Of a DNA stretch of 64,000 bases, positions 49,918-61,213 are shown piece by piece. Source of the stretch: an uncultured Candidatus Rokubacteria bacterium (GTDB lineage: Bacteria; Methylomirabilota; Methylomirabilia; Rokubacteriales; CSP1-6). Below the pieces are notes generated by a model, which saw nothing but the letters and a program-made list of their open reading frames with translations, was not told the origin of the DNA and did no database searches. Location: NCBI GenBank assembly GCA_963789955.1, contig CAWBMV010000022.1, forward strand, positions 544,001 through 608,000, written 5' to 3'. Position 1 is the stretch's first letter. The number at the start of each line of letters is the position of its first letter. The translations under genes and the position numbers were made by a program.

Positions 49918-50073
49918 GAGCCAATAGTAGTCGACTGATTGCGACCTGGCTTCCTGTCTTGCCTTGGTGCCGGTGTACCGCCACGGCATCCGTCCCCCGC
50001 AAGCCGGGCGGCGGTTCGATGAATTCACTGCATTCGCCGTGAGAACGCCGGCGCCGAGTCGCGCTCGACGTCG

Positions 50074-52317
50074 CTAGTGCGCCAGCGGATCGGGCCGCAG
50101 CTGGAAGTGCACGACCAGCGGGCTCGACAGCGTCTTGCCCGGCGCGCCGGGCTGGGCGCGTCGACGCCTTCGATGTGCATCGGCGTGCGGTTGCCGGAGG
50201 TCACCCAGAGGCCCCGGCCCTTCCAGCCGGCTTTCGGATCGTCGATGCGGCCGTCGACGCCTTTGGCGAAGAAGCCCATCGGGTAGGGGACGCGCAGCTC
50301 GACGACCTTCCCGTACGTCAGCGCGTGCAGTGAATCCGAGAAATTGCCGGTCCCGATCGGCGTGTTCGGGCCCGAGGCCCAGGATGTCGTGCTGATCGAC
50401 CCAGGTGTAGTACGGCCCTTCGGCCGCGCCGTCCCGGCCGGCGAACGCCGGGCCCCGGGAGCGGATAGAACGTCCAGCCCTCCGGGCACAGGTTCCCCTC
50501 CGCCGCGCCCGGCCCGTTGAGGCGGCCCCTTGCACTTGCGACGGTCGAAGCTCGCGATGTGACCGCTCGCGAGCGTCACCCACGCCACGCCGTGGCGGTC
50601 GATGTCGAAGCCGCGCATCCCGAAGCCGGGCGGCGGAACCTTGTAGACCTCGGCCAGCGCGGTCTCCGATGGATTCGGCCCGGGCTGCAGCCGGAGGACG
50701 TAGCCGGGGTGGCCGATGTTCGATCCCCAGATCGAGCCGTCGACCGGGCTGTAGGCGATGCCGTAGAAGCCGAGCCCGATGCGCTTGTCCTTGCCGGGTC
50801 TTCCGGCTGATTGGGCTCGACCTAGGCGTCGCGCTTGCCGTTGCCGTTGGTGTCGACGATGAGCGGCGTCCAGCCCTGCGCCTTGCCCGCGTCGCGCGTC
50901 TCCCAGAACAGCTTCGTGTTGACCCAGCCGACGACGGCGAGCTCGTTCTGGAGGTTGTTGCTGAGCCACAGCGTGTTGTTGGCGTCCTCGGCGAAGTTCA
51001 GATGGTGCGTCCCGAAGCACGTGTCGATGAACGTGAACTGCTTGGTCTTCGGGTCGTACACCGTGACCTGACGCGAGTTCTGCACGAACCCGTCGCGGAG
51101 TCCGCGTGAGCGGATACACCTTCGCCGACGGATGGCCCGACGCGGCCGCGCAGTACGCCGGCGGATTCTTGGGCGAGCGGATCTGCGCCGTGTAGTAGAC
51201 GCGCCCGTCCTGATCCATCATCGGGTTGTGCGCGTTGACCCGCGAATCCCACACCTGCTCCGTGCCGAAGTAGGGCGACGGCGCCACGACCGGGTTGGCC
51301 AGCGCCGAGCTGGGCGCGTCCTGATCGCGGATCGGCACTTTCATGGTCGTCTTGGTGATCTTGACCGGATCGAGGACCGGCAGGTCGTCCGTGCTCAGCT
51401 CGGCGGCGCCGTAGATCGGGCCGTAGGCGTTGACCGTGGGCTTCCGCCGGTCGGTCGAGCGTCAGGTCGTGGAGGTAGTACTTGGGGACAGCCAGTCGTA
51501 CACGGTCACGACGAGATTGCGCTCCACGCCGTGCGGCCGCGACGGCACCGACGCCGGCAGCTCGCCGGCCTTGATGCGATCGGTCCACTCCGCCAGCCGG
51601 CGGAGGTGCCCGCCGTCCGGCGTGTTGAGGGTCGCGATGATGCTGACCATGCTGGTGCCGGCCGGTCCGGACTGGAGCCGCCGCGCCCACGCGTCGATCG
51701 CGAGTTGTCGAACGTGCCCAGGGCCGCGGGAATCTCGCGCGTCGCCTTGTCGCCGAGCTGGTGACAGTTGCCGCAGCCGTTCAGCTGGACGGCGTTGAGC
51801 CACTGCTCCTGGGTCTTGAAGGCGACCGGCATGCCGTTGCCGTCGAGGCCCGTGCCGGGGAACAGGCTCTTGTCCGGAATCTTCGAGCATCGAGAACCAG
51901 TAGATGGCCGGATAGTATTCGCGCCGCGGCCGCCGCGCTCGGCGCGGGCACCGCGGTGCAGGTTCACGATCCGGCCACGCTGCGCTCTTGACCTTCGGCG
52001 AATCGACGAGGCCGTAGCCGCGCACCCACACGTTGTAGGTGGCCTGCGGCAGGTCGGGGATCACGTAGCGGCCGCGCTCGTCGGTGACCACGATCTTGGC
52101 GAACCGGGTGCCCGAGCTCGGTCGTCTCCGCGATCACCCAGACGCCGGCCTCCGGCCCACTCGTGCCGGTGACGACCCCGCCGATGTCGTCGGCACCGAT
52201 TTGCACTCCGCTCGGAGCGCTCGGCTGAGCCGACGGTTGGGCCGTCAGCCAGACGGACAGCATCACGGCGAGTCCGATCACCAGGGCTCCGGAGTAGATC
52301 GATCGCGCGTTGATCAT
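50074..52317 (-). CDS. Exported protein: carboxypeptidase-regulatory-like domain, single CxxCH haem-c motif and beta-propeller (multiple frameshifts)
   Basis: Signal peptide; IGGVVTG..GPEAGVWVIAET, VTDERGRYVIPDLP..Y.VWVRGYGL, GCGNCHQLG, YLHD, HNPMMD, DTCFGTHHL, RVPYPMGFF across frames. Confidence 0.75.
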
Positions 52318-52393
52318 GTCGGTACCTCGCGGCTCGTCAGATCATTGGCGCCATGCTTCGTCCGATGCGCGCACGATCCGTCCGAACGGCGAA

Positions 52394-52412
52394 CCTGTCA
52401 AGCCTTGACAGG
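52394..52412. promoter_or_regulatory. Perfect palindrome of back-to-back TTGACA boxes between divergent genes
   Basis: CCTGTCAAG-C-CTTGACAGG. Confidence 0.55.
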
Positions 52413-52444
52413 GGTCGCGGTGCCGAGCCACGATCCATCGCGCC

Positions 52445-54851
52445 ATGTCCTTTCTTCAGTCGCGAACCCGCTCGGCACGTGAAGGCATCGGCAAGCCGAT
52501 CTTGCGCAAGGAAGATGCGCGCCTGCTGAGCGGCGGCGGCTGCTACAGCGACGACGTCAACGTGCCGGGCCAGGCCTACGCGTGCTTCGTGCGCTCGCCG
52601 CACGCGCACGCCCGCGTCGGCCGGGTGGACGCGGCCGTGGCGCTCGCCACACAAGGTGTGATCGCCGTGTTGACTGGCGCCGACGCCGCCGCTGACGGCA
52701 TGAAGCCGCTCACGCACAGTCCTATGCCGGGCAATCCCCACGAGGACATGCTGCGGGCCCGCGACGTGGCGTTCATCGCGCCGCATCCGCCGATGCCGGC
52801 CGATCGCGTGCGCTTCGTCGGCGAGGTCGTCGCGATGGTCGTCGCCGAGACACCCGCCGCGGCCCGCGACGGCGCCGACCGCGTCGAGGTGGAGTGGACG
52901 GCGTTGCCCGCGGTGACCGCCAGCACGGCGGCGGCTCGCCCCGACGCGCCGATCCTCTACGACGGGACCGCCTCGAACGTGTGCGTGGACACCGACCTCG
53001 GCGACGCCGCCGGCGTCGACCGCGCATTCGCGCGCGCCGCCCACGTGGTGCGCCTGGACACGTGGGTGCATCGGGTCACCGGCGTGCCGATGGAGCCGCG
53101 CGCGGCCGTCGGCGTGTGGGACCCCACGAGCGGCCGCTACACCGTGCACGCCGGCGCGGGCGGTCTCGGCCGGACGCAGACCGGCGTGGCCGGCGCGCTC
53201 GGCGTGCCCGAGAGCGCGGTTCGTGTGACGGCCGGAGACGTCGGCGGCAACTTCGGGACGCGCAACAGCTGCTATCCCGAGTTCGCGCTGGTCGCGTGGG
53301 CGGCGCGCCGGCTCGGGCGCCCGGTGAAGTGGACCGCCGAGCGGCGCGAGGCGTTCATGGCCGACTACGGAGGGCCGCGATCTCACGGCCCGCGCCGAGC
53401 TGGCCCTCGACGCCGAGGGCAACTTCCTCGCGTTTCGCGGCGCCAACACCAGCAACGTCGGCGCGCACGCCGTCTCGTTCCATCCGCTCAACAAGGGCAT
53501 GGCGCTGACGGCGACCGTCTACCGCATGCCCGCCGTCTCGATGCACGGGCGCGCGGTCGTCACGAACACGTCGCCGACGACGCCGTACCGGAGCGCCGGT
53601 CGCCCGGAGGTCATGTTCATCATGGAGCGGGTGATCGACCTGGCCGCGCGCCGCCATGGGTTCGATCGCCTCGAGCTGCGGCGGCGCAATCTCGTGCCCT
53701 CGACCGCGATGCCCTACAAGAATCCGATGGGCCTGGTCTACGACAGCGGCGACTATCAGGCCGCGTTCGATCGCGCGGTCGAGCTCGCCGACTGGAAAGG
53801 GTTCGAGGCACGGCGGACCGAGGCGCGGCGACGCGGACGCTATCGCGGCATCGGCGTGGCCAACTACATCGAGCTCAACACGGGCTTCCCGCGCGAGCGG
53901 GCGCACATCACGGTGCGGCCCGAGGGCGTCGTCGACCTGGTGCTCGGCACCCTGTCGTCCGGCCAGGGCCACGCGACCAGCTTCGCGCAGCTCCTGGTCG
54001 AGTGGCTCGGCGTGGAGCTCGGCGAGGTGCGCCTGATCACGGGCGACACCGACGTCACCGTGGTCGGCGGCGGCGCCCACTCGGCGCGCGCGCTGCGGCT
54101 CGCGGCGGTGGTGATGGCGAAGGCGTCGGATCAGATCGTCGAGAAGGGCCGACGCGTCGCCGCGTGGATGCTCGAGGCGGCGGCCGACGACGTCGAGTTC
54201 TCCGGGCGACGGTTCCGGGTGAAGGGCACCGACCGCTCGGTCGACCTCTTCGACGTGGCGCGCGCCGCGGCCCGCGCCGACGCCCCGGCCGACGTGCGCG
54301 GGCCGCTCGATGGCCTGAGCGACGAGACCATGCCGTTGCCGTCGTATCCGTACGGCACCGCGGTGTGCGAGGTCGAGGTCGATCCCGACACCGGCGAGGT
54401 CTCGGTGGTGCGCTACACGACCGTCGACGACTGCGGCCGCGCCGTCAATCCGATGATCCTCCACGGCCAGACGCACGGCGGCATCGCACAGGGCGTGGGG
54501 CAGGCGCTCTGGGAGGCCTGCGCATACGAGGCCGCGACCGGCCAGCTGCTCTCGTCGACGATGATGGACTACGCGATGCCGCGCGCGGACATGCTGCCGG
54601 CGTTCACGACGGAGATCAGCGAGGTCCCGTCGACGGCGCATCCGCTCGGCCTGCGCGGCGGCGGTGAGGGCGGCACGACGCCGGCGCTGGGCGCCGTGGT
54701 GAACGCGATCGTCGACGCGCTGGCCGAGCTCGGTGTCGAGCACATCGAGATGCCGGCGACCGCCGAGCGCGTCTGGCGCGCGATCCACGACGCGCGTTCG
54801 AAGGCGATCCCGGAGCGGCCTTCGGCGGCCGCTGGCGTAAGATCTACGTAG
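52445..54851 (+). CDS. Xanthine dehydrogenase/CoxL-family molybdopterin-binding large subunit (frameshift near 53372)
   Basis: RKEDARLL.G.G.Y, RSPHAHA, MEPRA, DVGGNFGTR, PYRSAGRPE, SGQGH.T, NPMILHGQTHGG, GGGEGG. Confidence 0.92.
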
Positions 54852-54885
54852 CGCCGAGACCGGCACCGAGCGAGAGGAGACCCCA

Positions 54886-55506
54886 ATGAGCGAGCCGACG
54901 AAATTCGAGATCTTCACCGACTACGTCTGACCCTGGTGCTATCTCAGTACCGTGCGTATTGAGAAGCTCCAGCAGGCGTACGACATCGAGCCCGTGCTCG
55001 TGCATTTCCCGCTGCACCCGGAAACGCCCGCCGAAGGCCGTGACATGACCACGTTCTATGCCGAGCGCGGCATCGATCCGGAAGCGACGTACGCGCGGAT
55101 GAAGGGCCTGATGGACAAGGAAGGGCTGCCCTACAGCCGCCGCTCGCACACCTACAACAGCCGACTGGCCCAGGAGCTCGGCAAGTGGGCCGACACGCAG
55201 CCCGGCGGCTACGCGATCCACGACGCGTTCTATCGCGCCTACTTCGTCGGCGCGCAGAACATCGGCGACACCGAGGTGATGATCGACGTGGTGAAGTCCG
55301 TCGGGCTCGACACCGAGGCGGCGCGCGACGTGCTGAAGGAGCGCCGCTTCAAGGACGCGGTCGACGCCGACTGGGCGAAGTCGCGCCACCTGGGCGTCAC
55401 CGGCGTCCCGACGTTCGTGGCCGGCGGCTACGGCGTGGTCGGCGCCCAGCCCTACGAGGTGCTGGCGCAGCTGGTCGAGAAGGCGGGAGCTCGCCGGCGC
55501 GACTAG
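54886..55506 (+). CDS. DsbA/FrnE-family thiol-disulfide oxidoreductase, predicted selenoprotein (UxxC)
   Basis: RBS GAGGAG, ATG 54886: MSEPTKFEIFTDYV-TGA(54928-30)-PWCYLS...; TGA sits at the first Cys of D.VCPWCY; F.LHP, NSRLA, AYF..NIGD, GVTGVPTF, GAQP. Confidence 0.88.
54933..54972 (+). promoter_or_regulatory. Bacterial SECIS-like stem-loop
   Basis: CTGG.GCT.TCTCAGTAC-CGTGC-GTATTGAGA.AGC.CCAG; apical loop 20 nt after UGA with G at loop position 2. Confidence 0.7.
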
Positions 55507-55567
55507 CTCGCCTCCGAGCGGGGTTCGACGGTGGTATTCTAGGCGCCGTTCGAATCCCATCACGCAG

Positions 55568-55624
55568 TGCGCGCTGCAGGCCGTCGCGGGGCTGGGGCCC
55601 CGCCGGCCGAGGCGCGCCTATTAA
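55568..55624. repeat. REP-like GC-rich hairpin repeat, copy 2
   Basis: TGCGCGCTGCAGGCCGTCGCGGGGCTGGGGCCCCGCCGGCCGAGGCGCGCCTATTAA; matches 21650-21707. Confidence 0.85.
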
Positions 55625-55635
55625 CGAGGTGCCAC

Positions 55636-56328
55636 ATGTTCTACGAGCTTCGCCGCTACGACGTCGCCGCCGGTAAGCTTCCCGCGCTCGTCGACCGCTT
55701 CGGGAGCTTCACGGTCAACAAGTGGAAGGAGTACGGCTTTCGCCTGATCGGCTTCTGGACGCCGGTCGTCGCCGACAAGAGCAACCAGCTCGTCTACATC
55801 TGGGGCTGGGAGAGCCTCGAGGAGCGGGCCAAGAAGAACGCCGCCTGGCGCGCCGACCCCGAGCGGGCCAAGAAGTGGGCGGAGACCGAGAAGGACGGAC
55901 CGCTGGTCAACTGCGTCTACAACCAGCTCATGGAGCCGACCTCGTATTCGCAGATGGACCGCGGCGAGCCTACGGGCCCGACGCGTCGAGCCGCAGCCCC
56001 GTACCTCTTCGAGCTGCGCGAGTACCAGGCGATGCCCGGCAAGATCCAGAACATCACCGATCGGTTCGGCAACTTCACGTGCGGCGCGTTCAAGAAGCAC
56101 GGCTTCCGCCAGGTCGGCTACTGGCACAACGTGTTCGGCGGCAACAGCAACGAGCTCATCTATCTGCTGGCCTGGCAGAGCCTGGACGAGCGCGTGTCCA
56201 AGTTCGACACGTTCGCCAAGGACCCCGAGCGCGCGCGCGCGTTCGCCGAGAGCGAGAAGAACGGCCCGATCGTGCAGCAGGTGAGAAACATGATCCTGCG
56301 TCCGACGGCCTTCTCACCCATGAAGTGA
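55636..56328 (+). CDS. NIPSNAP-family protein, two tandem domains
   Basis: Two repeats (F/Y)ELR.Y...GK....DRFG.FT.....GFR..G.W.....N.L.Y...W.SL.ER...DPE...E..GP.V...PT.(Y/F)S. Confidence 0.88.
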   Translation: MFYELRRYDVAAGKLPALVDRFGSFTVNKWKEYGFRLIGFWTPVVADKSNQLVYIWGWESLEERAKKNAAWRADPERAKKWAETEKDGPLVNCVYNQLMEPTSYSQMDRGEPTGPTRRAAAPYLFELREYQAMPGKIQNITDRFGNFTCGAFKKHGFRQVGYWHNVFGGNSNELIYLLAWQSLDERVSKFDTFAKDPERARAFAESEKNGPIVQQVRNMILRPTAFSPMK

Positions 56329-56345
56329 GCCAGAGGAGACTCGCC

Positions 56346-57825
56346 ATGGACCTGCTGCCCGCCGAGACGTCGTCCTTTCCGTCGCCGATCCCGACGCAGT
56401 TCGTCTCGAGCGACGAGTTCACGCCCGCGCCGCAGACCGCGAAGCAGAAGCAGGTCGAGGCGCGCATCAAGGAGCTGGGCAACCGGCTCGCGAAGCACCA
56501 GGGCGTGACGCCGCCGCCGGTTCTTCCAGACCGCCGCCGGCATGGCCGCGGCCTTCGTCGCGATGAACGACGTCTACGGCCCGATCTTCGGCGTGAGCCG
56601 CGCGGAGGCGCCAGAGCCCCGACATGGCCAACGAGCGCGCGAAGGCGCTCGCCGACCAGTTCATCATGGACATGCACACGCACTTCCTGCGCGACGACAC
56701 GCGGCTCGAGGGCTTCGTGCGCTCGCGCGAGGCGGTGGGCAAGGCGGGCTGGAACCCGGCGCTCGCCGGCAAGCCGCAGACCCTCGACGATCTGAAGTTC
56801 GCGAACTACTTCAAGGAAATCTACTTCGACAGCGACACCAAGGTGGCGCTCATCTCGGGCTCCGGCTCGGAGGAGCCGCGCGACTGGTTCCTCACCAACG
56901 AGATGAAGGCCGACGCGCGCGCCAAGGTGAACAAGCTCACCGGCTCGCGGCGCATGTTGTCGCACGCGATCTTCATGCCGGGCATGCCGGGCTGGATGGA
57001 GTCGGTCGACCAGGCGATCGCCGCAGCTCAAGCCCGACTCGTTCAAGGGCTACACGGTCGGCGACAACACCAACAAGCAGCTCGCGAAGCACCCCTGGCG
57101 CCTGGACGACGAGAAGCTGCTCTATCCGTTCTACGAGAAGCTGGCGAAGGCCGGGCTCGTCAACGTCTGCGTGCACAAGGGGCTCTATCCGTACTCGACG
57201 ACCAAGAACTTCCCGGACCTGCGTCCAGTATGCCGACGTGCGCGACGTCGGCAAGGCCGCCAAGGACTGGCCGCAGCTCAACTTCGTCATCTACCACTCG
57301 GCGTTCCGCTTCACCGGCGGCGAGTGGAACAACGGCTGGGAGCAGTTCGAGAAGACCGGGCGCGTGGACTGGGTGACCGATCTCGCCGAGATCCCGGCGA
57401 AGTACGGCGTGAAGAACGTCTACGGCGACCTCGGCCAGATCTTCGCGCAGAGCACGGTGGCCGAGCCGCGTCTCTGCGCCGCCATGATGGGCACGCTCGT
57501 CAAGGGCCTCGGCGCCGACCACGTGGTGTGGGGCACCGACGCGATCTGGACCGGCGCGCCGCAGTGGCAGATCGAGGCGCTGCGCCGGCTCGAGATTCCC
57601 GAGGACATGCAGAAGAAGTACGGCTTCGCGCCGCTCGGACCCGCCGACGGCCCGGTGAAGCGCGCGATCTTCGGCGAGAACTCGGCGCGTCTCTACAAGT
57701 ACGATGCGAAGCGCCGCGCCGAGCTGACGACCGACCGCATCGCGCTGGCCAGAGCGGACTACGAGCGCGAAGGGCCGGGGCGGACCAATCTTCGCTACGG
57801 GTTCGTGGTCAATCCGGTCGGCTGA
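56346..57825 (+). CDS. Amidohydrolase-family protein with internal twin-arginine-like segment (several frameshifts)
   Basis: SPIPTQ.VSSDEF; DMHTH; FKGYT; CVHKG; YHSA; WGTDAIW.G.PQWQIEALRR; IFGENSARLY. Confidence 0.8.
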
Positions 57826-57889
57826 GCCTGCGACGTCGCGCGTCAGTGAACCGGCGCGCGGGGGCCTCATCCGCCGCGCGCGGACGTCG

Positions 57890-59202
57890 CGCTCGTCGAC
57901 GATCACCTGATAGACGAGCTGTCTGAACAGGGTGCGGTGGTAAACGCGCAGGGCGCCCGCCGACTGCACCATGAAGACCGCGACCAGCTGCTCCTTCGGA
58001 TCGACCCAGAAGAACGTCCCCGCGTAGCCGCCCCAGTAGAAATCACCGGCGGTGCCGGGCACCGGAGCGAGGCCGTCGCCGGGGCGCACGGCGAAGCCGA
58101 GGCCGAACGTATAGGTCGACGCGCCGAGCACTCCGCCACCCGGCGTCGGCGCGACGGCAATGCGCGAGCCGAGCTGATCGGAGGTCATCAGCCTCACAGT
58201 GGTGCGGCTCAGCACGCGATACCCGTTGAGCACGCCGCCGTTCCCCAGCATCTGGGCGAAGCGCAGGTAGTCACCCGCGGTCGCTAGCCCGCCGGCGCCA
58301 CCCGAATCGTTGCCCGGTTGCTTCGACACGTCGATCAAGGTGATCGCCGTGCCCGCCAGCGGATCCTTGTCGAACGGCTGCGCGACTCGCGCCAGCCGTG
58401 CCGGGGTGACCCAGAATCCCGTGTCGCTCATCTTGAGCGGCTTGAAGAGCCGCTCGCTCATGAAGTCACCGAGGCGCTGGCCCGACGCCGCTTCCACCAC
58501 GCGACCGAGGACGTCGGTGGCGAGGCTGTATTCCCACGTGGTTCCCGGCTGGTAGAGCAGCGGAATCCTGGCGAGCCGCTCGACCTGTTCGGCGCCGGTC
58601 ATGTCGCGGATGTCGAATTCGATCACGCCCGGCTTGAAGAGCCCGGCCTGCGTCAGCGCGTCCTTGACCGCGGCGTTCTGCGTGAGCTCGCCGTAGGGCA
58701 GGCCCGCGGTATGACGCAGGAGATCCTGCACCGTCATCGGGCGCTGCGCGGCAACGTCCCCGCTGCTGGTCGAGACCTTCACGTCCTTGAACGCCGGGAG
58801 CCACCTGGAGACCGGATCCGTCAGCTGGAGCGCGCCGTCCTCGACCAGGATCATCGCGGCCACCGAGACCATCGGCTTGGTCATCGAGTAGATGCGGAAG
58901 ATCGTATCGGGCCGCATCGGGTCGGCGCCCTTGGGATCACGGGCGCCGAGAGCGCTCGCGTAGACGAGCTTGCCCTTTCGAGCGATCAGCATGACCGCGC
59001 CGGGCACTTTCTTGTCCTCGATCTCCTTCTTGAACGCGTTCGTGAGGCGCGTGAGACGAGCCGCCGACATGCCGGCCGCGTCGGGCGGCGCTGGCGCGAG
59101 AGCAGTCTGCTGCGCGCCGGCCAGGCCTGGCGTGAGCAGGGCGAGGATCGCGAGAAAGAGTAGCCCCATCGATCGCGCACGGAGTCGCAAGCGGGCAGTC
59201 AT
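57890..59202 (-). CDS. Serine hydrolase, beta-lactamase class C-like (3' end approximate)
   Basis: Signal peptide; FRIYSMTK (SxxK), DLLRHTAG, PG..WEYS, GGAGG, WGGYAGT.FWVDP. Confidence 0.88.
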
Positions 59203-59224
59203 CGTGTTCTCCCCTCGGCGGTTG

Positions 59225-60181
59225 TCATGGACGAAGCACCCGCACCGGCTGGCCGGCGAGCCAGGCCTTCACGTCCTCGAGCGCCTGCCCGTAGAAGATC
59301 CGGTAGCCCTCCTCGGTGACGTAGCCGAGGTGCGGCGTGATCACGGTGTTGGGAAGATTGCGCAGGGGATGATCGAGCGGGAGCGGCTCCTCGTCGTACA
59401 CGTCGAGCCCCGCGCCGGCGATGCGTTGCCCTGGCGAAGCGCGGCGACGAGCGCGGCCTCGTCGACGATCGGGCCGCGCGACGTGTTGATCAGATAGGCC
59501 GTCGGCTTCATCTGGGCGAGCTCGCGAGCGCCGAAGAGCCCGCGCGTGCGGTCGCCGAGCACCAGGTGAATGCTCACGACGTCGGAGCGCGCCAGCAGCT
59601 CGTCCTTGGTCACGAGCGTCGCGCCGATCTCGGCGGCGCGCGCGGCGGTGAGGTTCTGGCTCCAGGCGATCACGTCCATCTCGAACGCGCGCCCGATCTT
59701 CGCGACCCGCGAGCCCAGCCCGCCGAGGCCGACGACGCCGAGCGTCTTGCCGTTCAGGCCGAGCCCGCAGCTGATCTGCCAGCGGCCCTCGCGCGTCGCG
59801 CGATCCTCGGCGGGGATGCGACGGAAGAGGGCGAGGATCAGGCCCCACGTGAGCTCCGCCGTCGGATAGGGAAGCCCCGCGGTGCCGCAGACCACGATCT
59901 CGCGCTCGAGGGCCGCGGCCACGTCGATGGACGCGTTGCGCATGCCCGTCGTCACGAGGAGCTTGAGCTTCGGCAGGCGCTCGAGGAGCGCCTTGCGGAA
60001 AGGGCGTGCGCTCGCGCATGGCGATCACCGCCTCGAAGTCGGCGAGACGCGCCGCCACGGCGCCCGGATCGCTCAGGTGATCGGGGAACACGACGACCTC
60101 GGTTCCCGCGGGCAGGCTCGCCCAGTCGGCCATCCGCCGGGCGACGTTCTGGTAGTCATCGAGGATCGCGACTCTGGCCAT
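59225..60181 (-). CDS. D-2-hydroxyacid dehydrogenase (frameshifts near 60000 and 59430)
   Basis: MARVAILDDYQ, MRERTP, TTGMRNASID, GLGGLG, INTSRGPIVDE, AGLDVYD.EP, TPHLGY. Confidence 0.9.
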   Translation of the reverse strand: MARVAILDDYQNVARRMADWASLPAGTEVVVFPDHLSDPGAVAARLADFEAVIAMRERTPFPQGAPRAPAEAQAPRDDGHAQRVHRRGRGPRARDRGLRHRGASLSDGGAHVGPDPRPLPSHPRRGSRDARGPLADQLRARPERQDARRRRPRRAGLAGREDRARVRDGRDRLEPEPHRRARRRDRRDARDQGRAAGALRRREHSPGARRPHARALRRSRARPDEADGLSDQHVARPDRRRGRARRRASPGQRIAGAGLDVYDEEPLPLDHPLRNLPNTVITPHLGYVTEEGYRIFYGQALEDVKAWLAGQPVRVLRP

Positions 60182-60195
60182 GATGGTCTCCTGGT

Positions 60196-61195
60196 TCAGC
60201 GGATGTCGTCGCCCCAGCGGTATTCGCGCGTGAGGTCGTCGAGACGCGCCTTGAGGCCGCCGTCGAGGCCCTTGTCGACGGCGGCGAGCGCGTCGTCGAG
60301 CTGCTCGGGGCGGCTGGCGCCGACGATCGGCGCCGTGACGACGGGATTCTCGAGCACCCAGGCGACGGCCATCTGGACCATCGACATGCCGGCCTCGGCG
60401 GCCAGAGGACGCAGCGTCTCGACCGTCTCGAGCTCGCGCTCGCGCCAGTAGCGCTCCCGGTAGCGAGCGCCGGCCGTCGGGTGCGTGAACCGGGTGCCCG
60501 GCATCGGGCCGGCCTCGCGGCGATGCTTGCCGGAGAGCAGGCCGCCCGCGATCGGGTTGTAGGGGATCACGCCCAGACCTTCCTCGGCGCAGAGCGGGAA
60601 CAGCTCGCGCTCGACCTGGCGGAAGAGGAGGTTGTAGCGCGGCTGCACGCAGTCGAAGCGCGCCAGGCCCAGGTGCTCGCTGCGCCCGAGCGCGCGCGCG
60701 ATCTGATACGCGAAGTAGTTCGAGCAGCCGACGTAGCGGGCCTTGCCGGCGCGCACGACGTCGTCGAGCGCGCGCAGGCTCTCGTCCATCGGCGTCGACG
60801 GATCGGGATGGTGGAGCTGGTAGAGATCGACGTAGTCGGTGCGGAGCCGGCGCAGCGAACCGTCGATCGCGTCGAGGATGTGCTTGCGCGAGAGCCCCTG
60901 GTCCCAGGGGCGAGCGCTCATCGCGCCGAAGCACTTGGTGGCGACGACGAAGTCGTGGCGCCGTCCGGCGAGCCATCGTCCGATGATCTCCTCGGTGCGG
61001 CCGACCGTGCTCGAGATCGCCGCCGATCGGATAGACGTCGGACGTGTCGAGGAAGGTGATGCCGCCGGCCGCGGCGCGATCGAGGATGGCGACCGACGTC
61101 GGCTCGTCGCACTGCAGGCCGAAGGTCATGGTGCCGAGGCAGAGCCGTGAGACGCGAAGGCCGGTGCGCCCGAGCCGAACGTGTCGCATCGTCAT
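60196..61195 (-). CDS. Aldo/keto reductase (frameshift near 61010)
   Basis: LG.TGLRVSRLCLGTMTFG, FLDTSDVY, SLRRL.TDYVDLYQLH, GKARY.G.SN, QPRYNLL, PIVGASR. Confidence 0.92.
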
Positions 61196-61213
61196 CTCCT
61201 CACGTGATTCGCG

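Noticed and set aside
55521..55558. GTTCGAATCCC resembling a tRNA T-arm (possible tRNA or att remnant)
   Set aside because: No cloverleaf, D-arm, anticodon arm or CCA; it is one arm of a local imperfect hairpin
57160..57890. Apparent 680-aa serine hydrolase extending antisense over the amidohydrolase gene
   Set aside because: Family similarity ends near LVYQVIVD (~57895); the extension is a shadow frame caused by a lost or late stop
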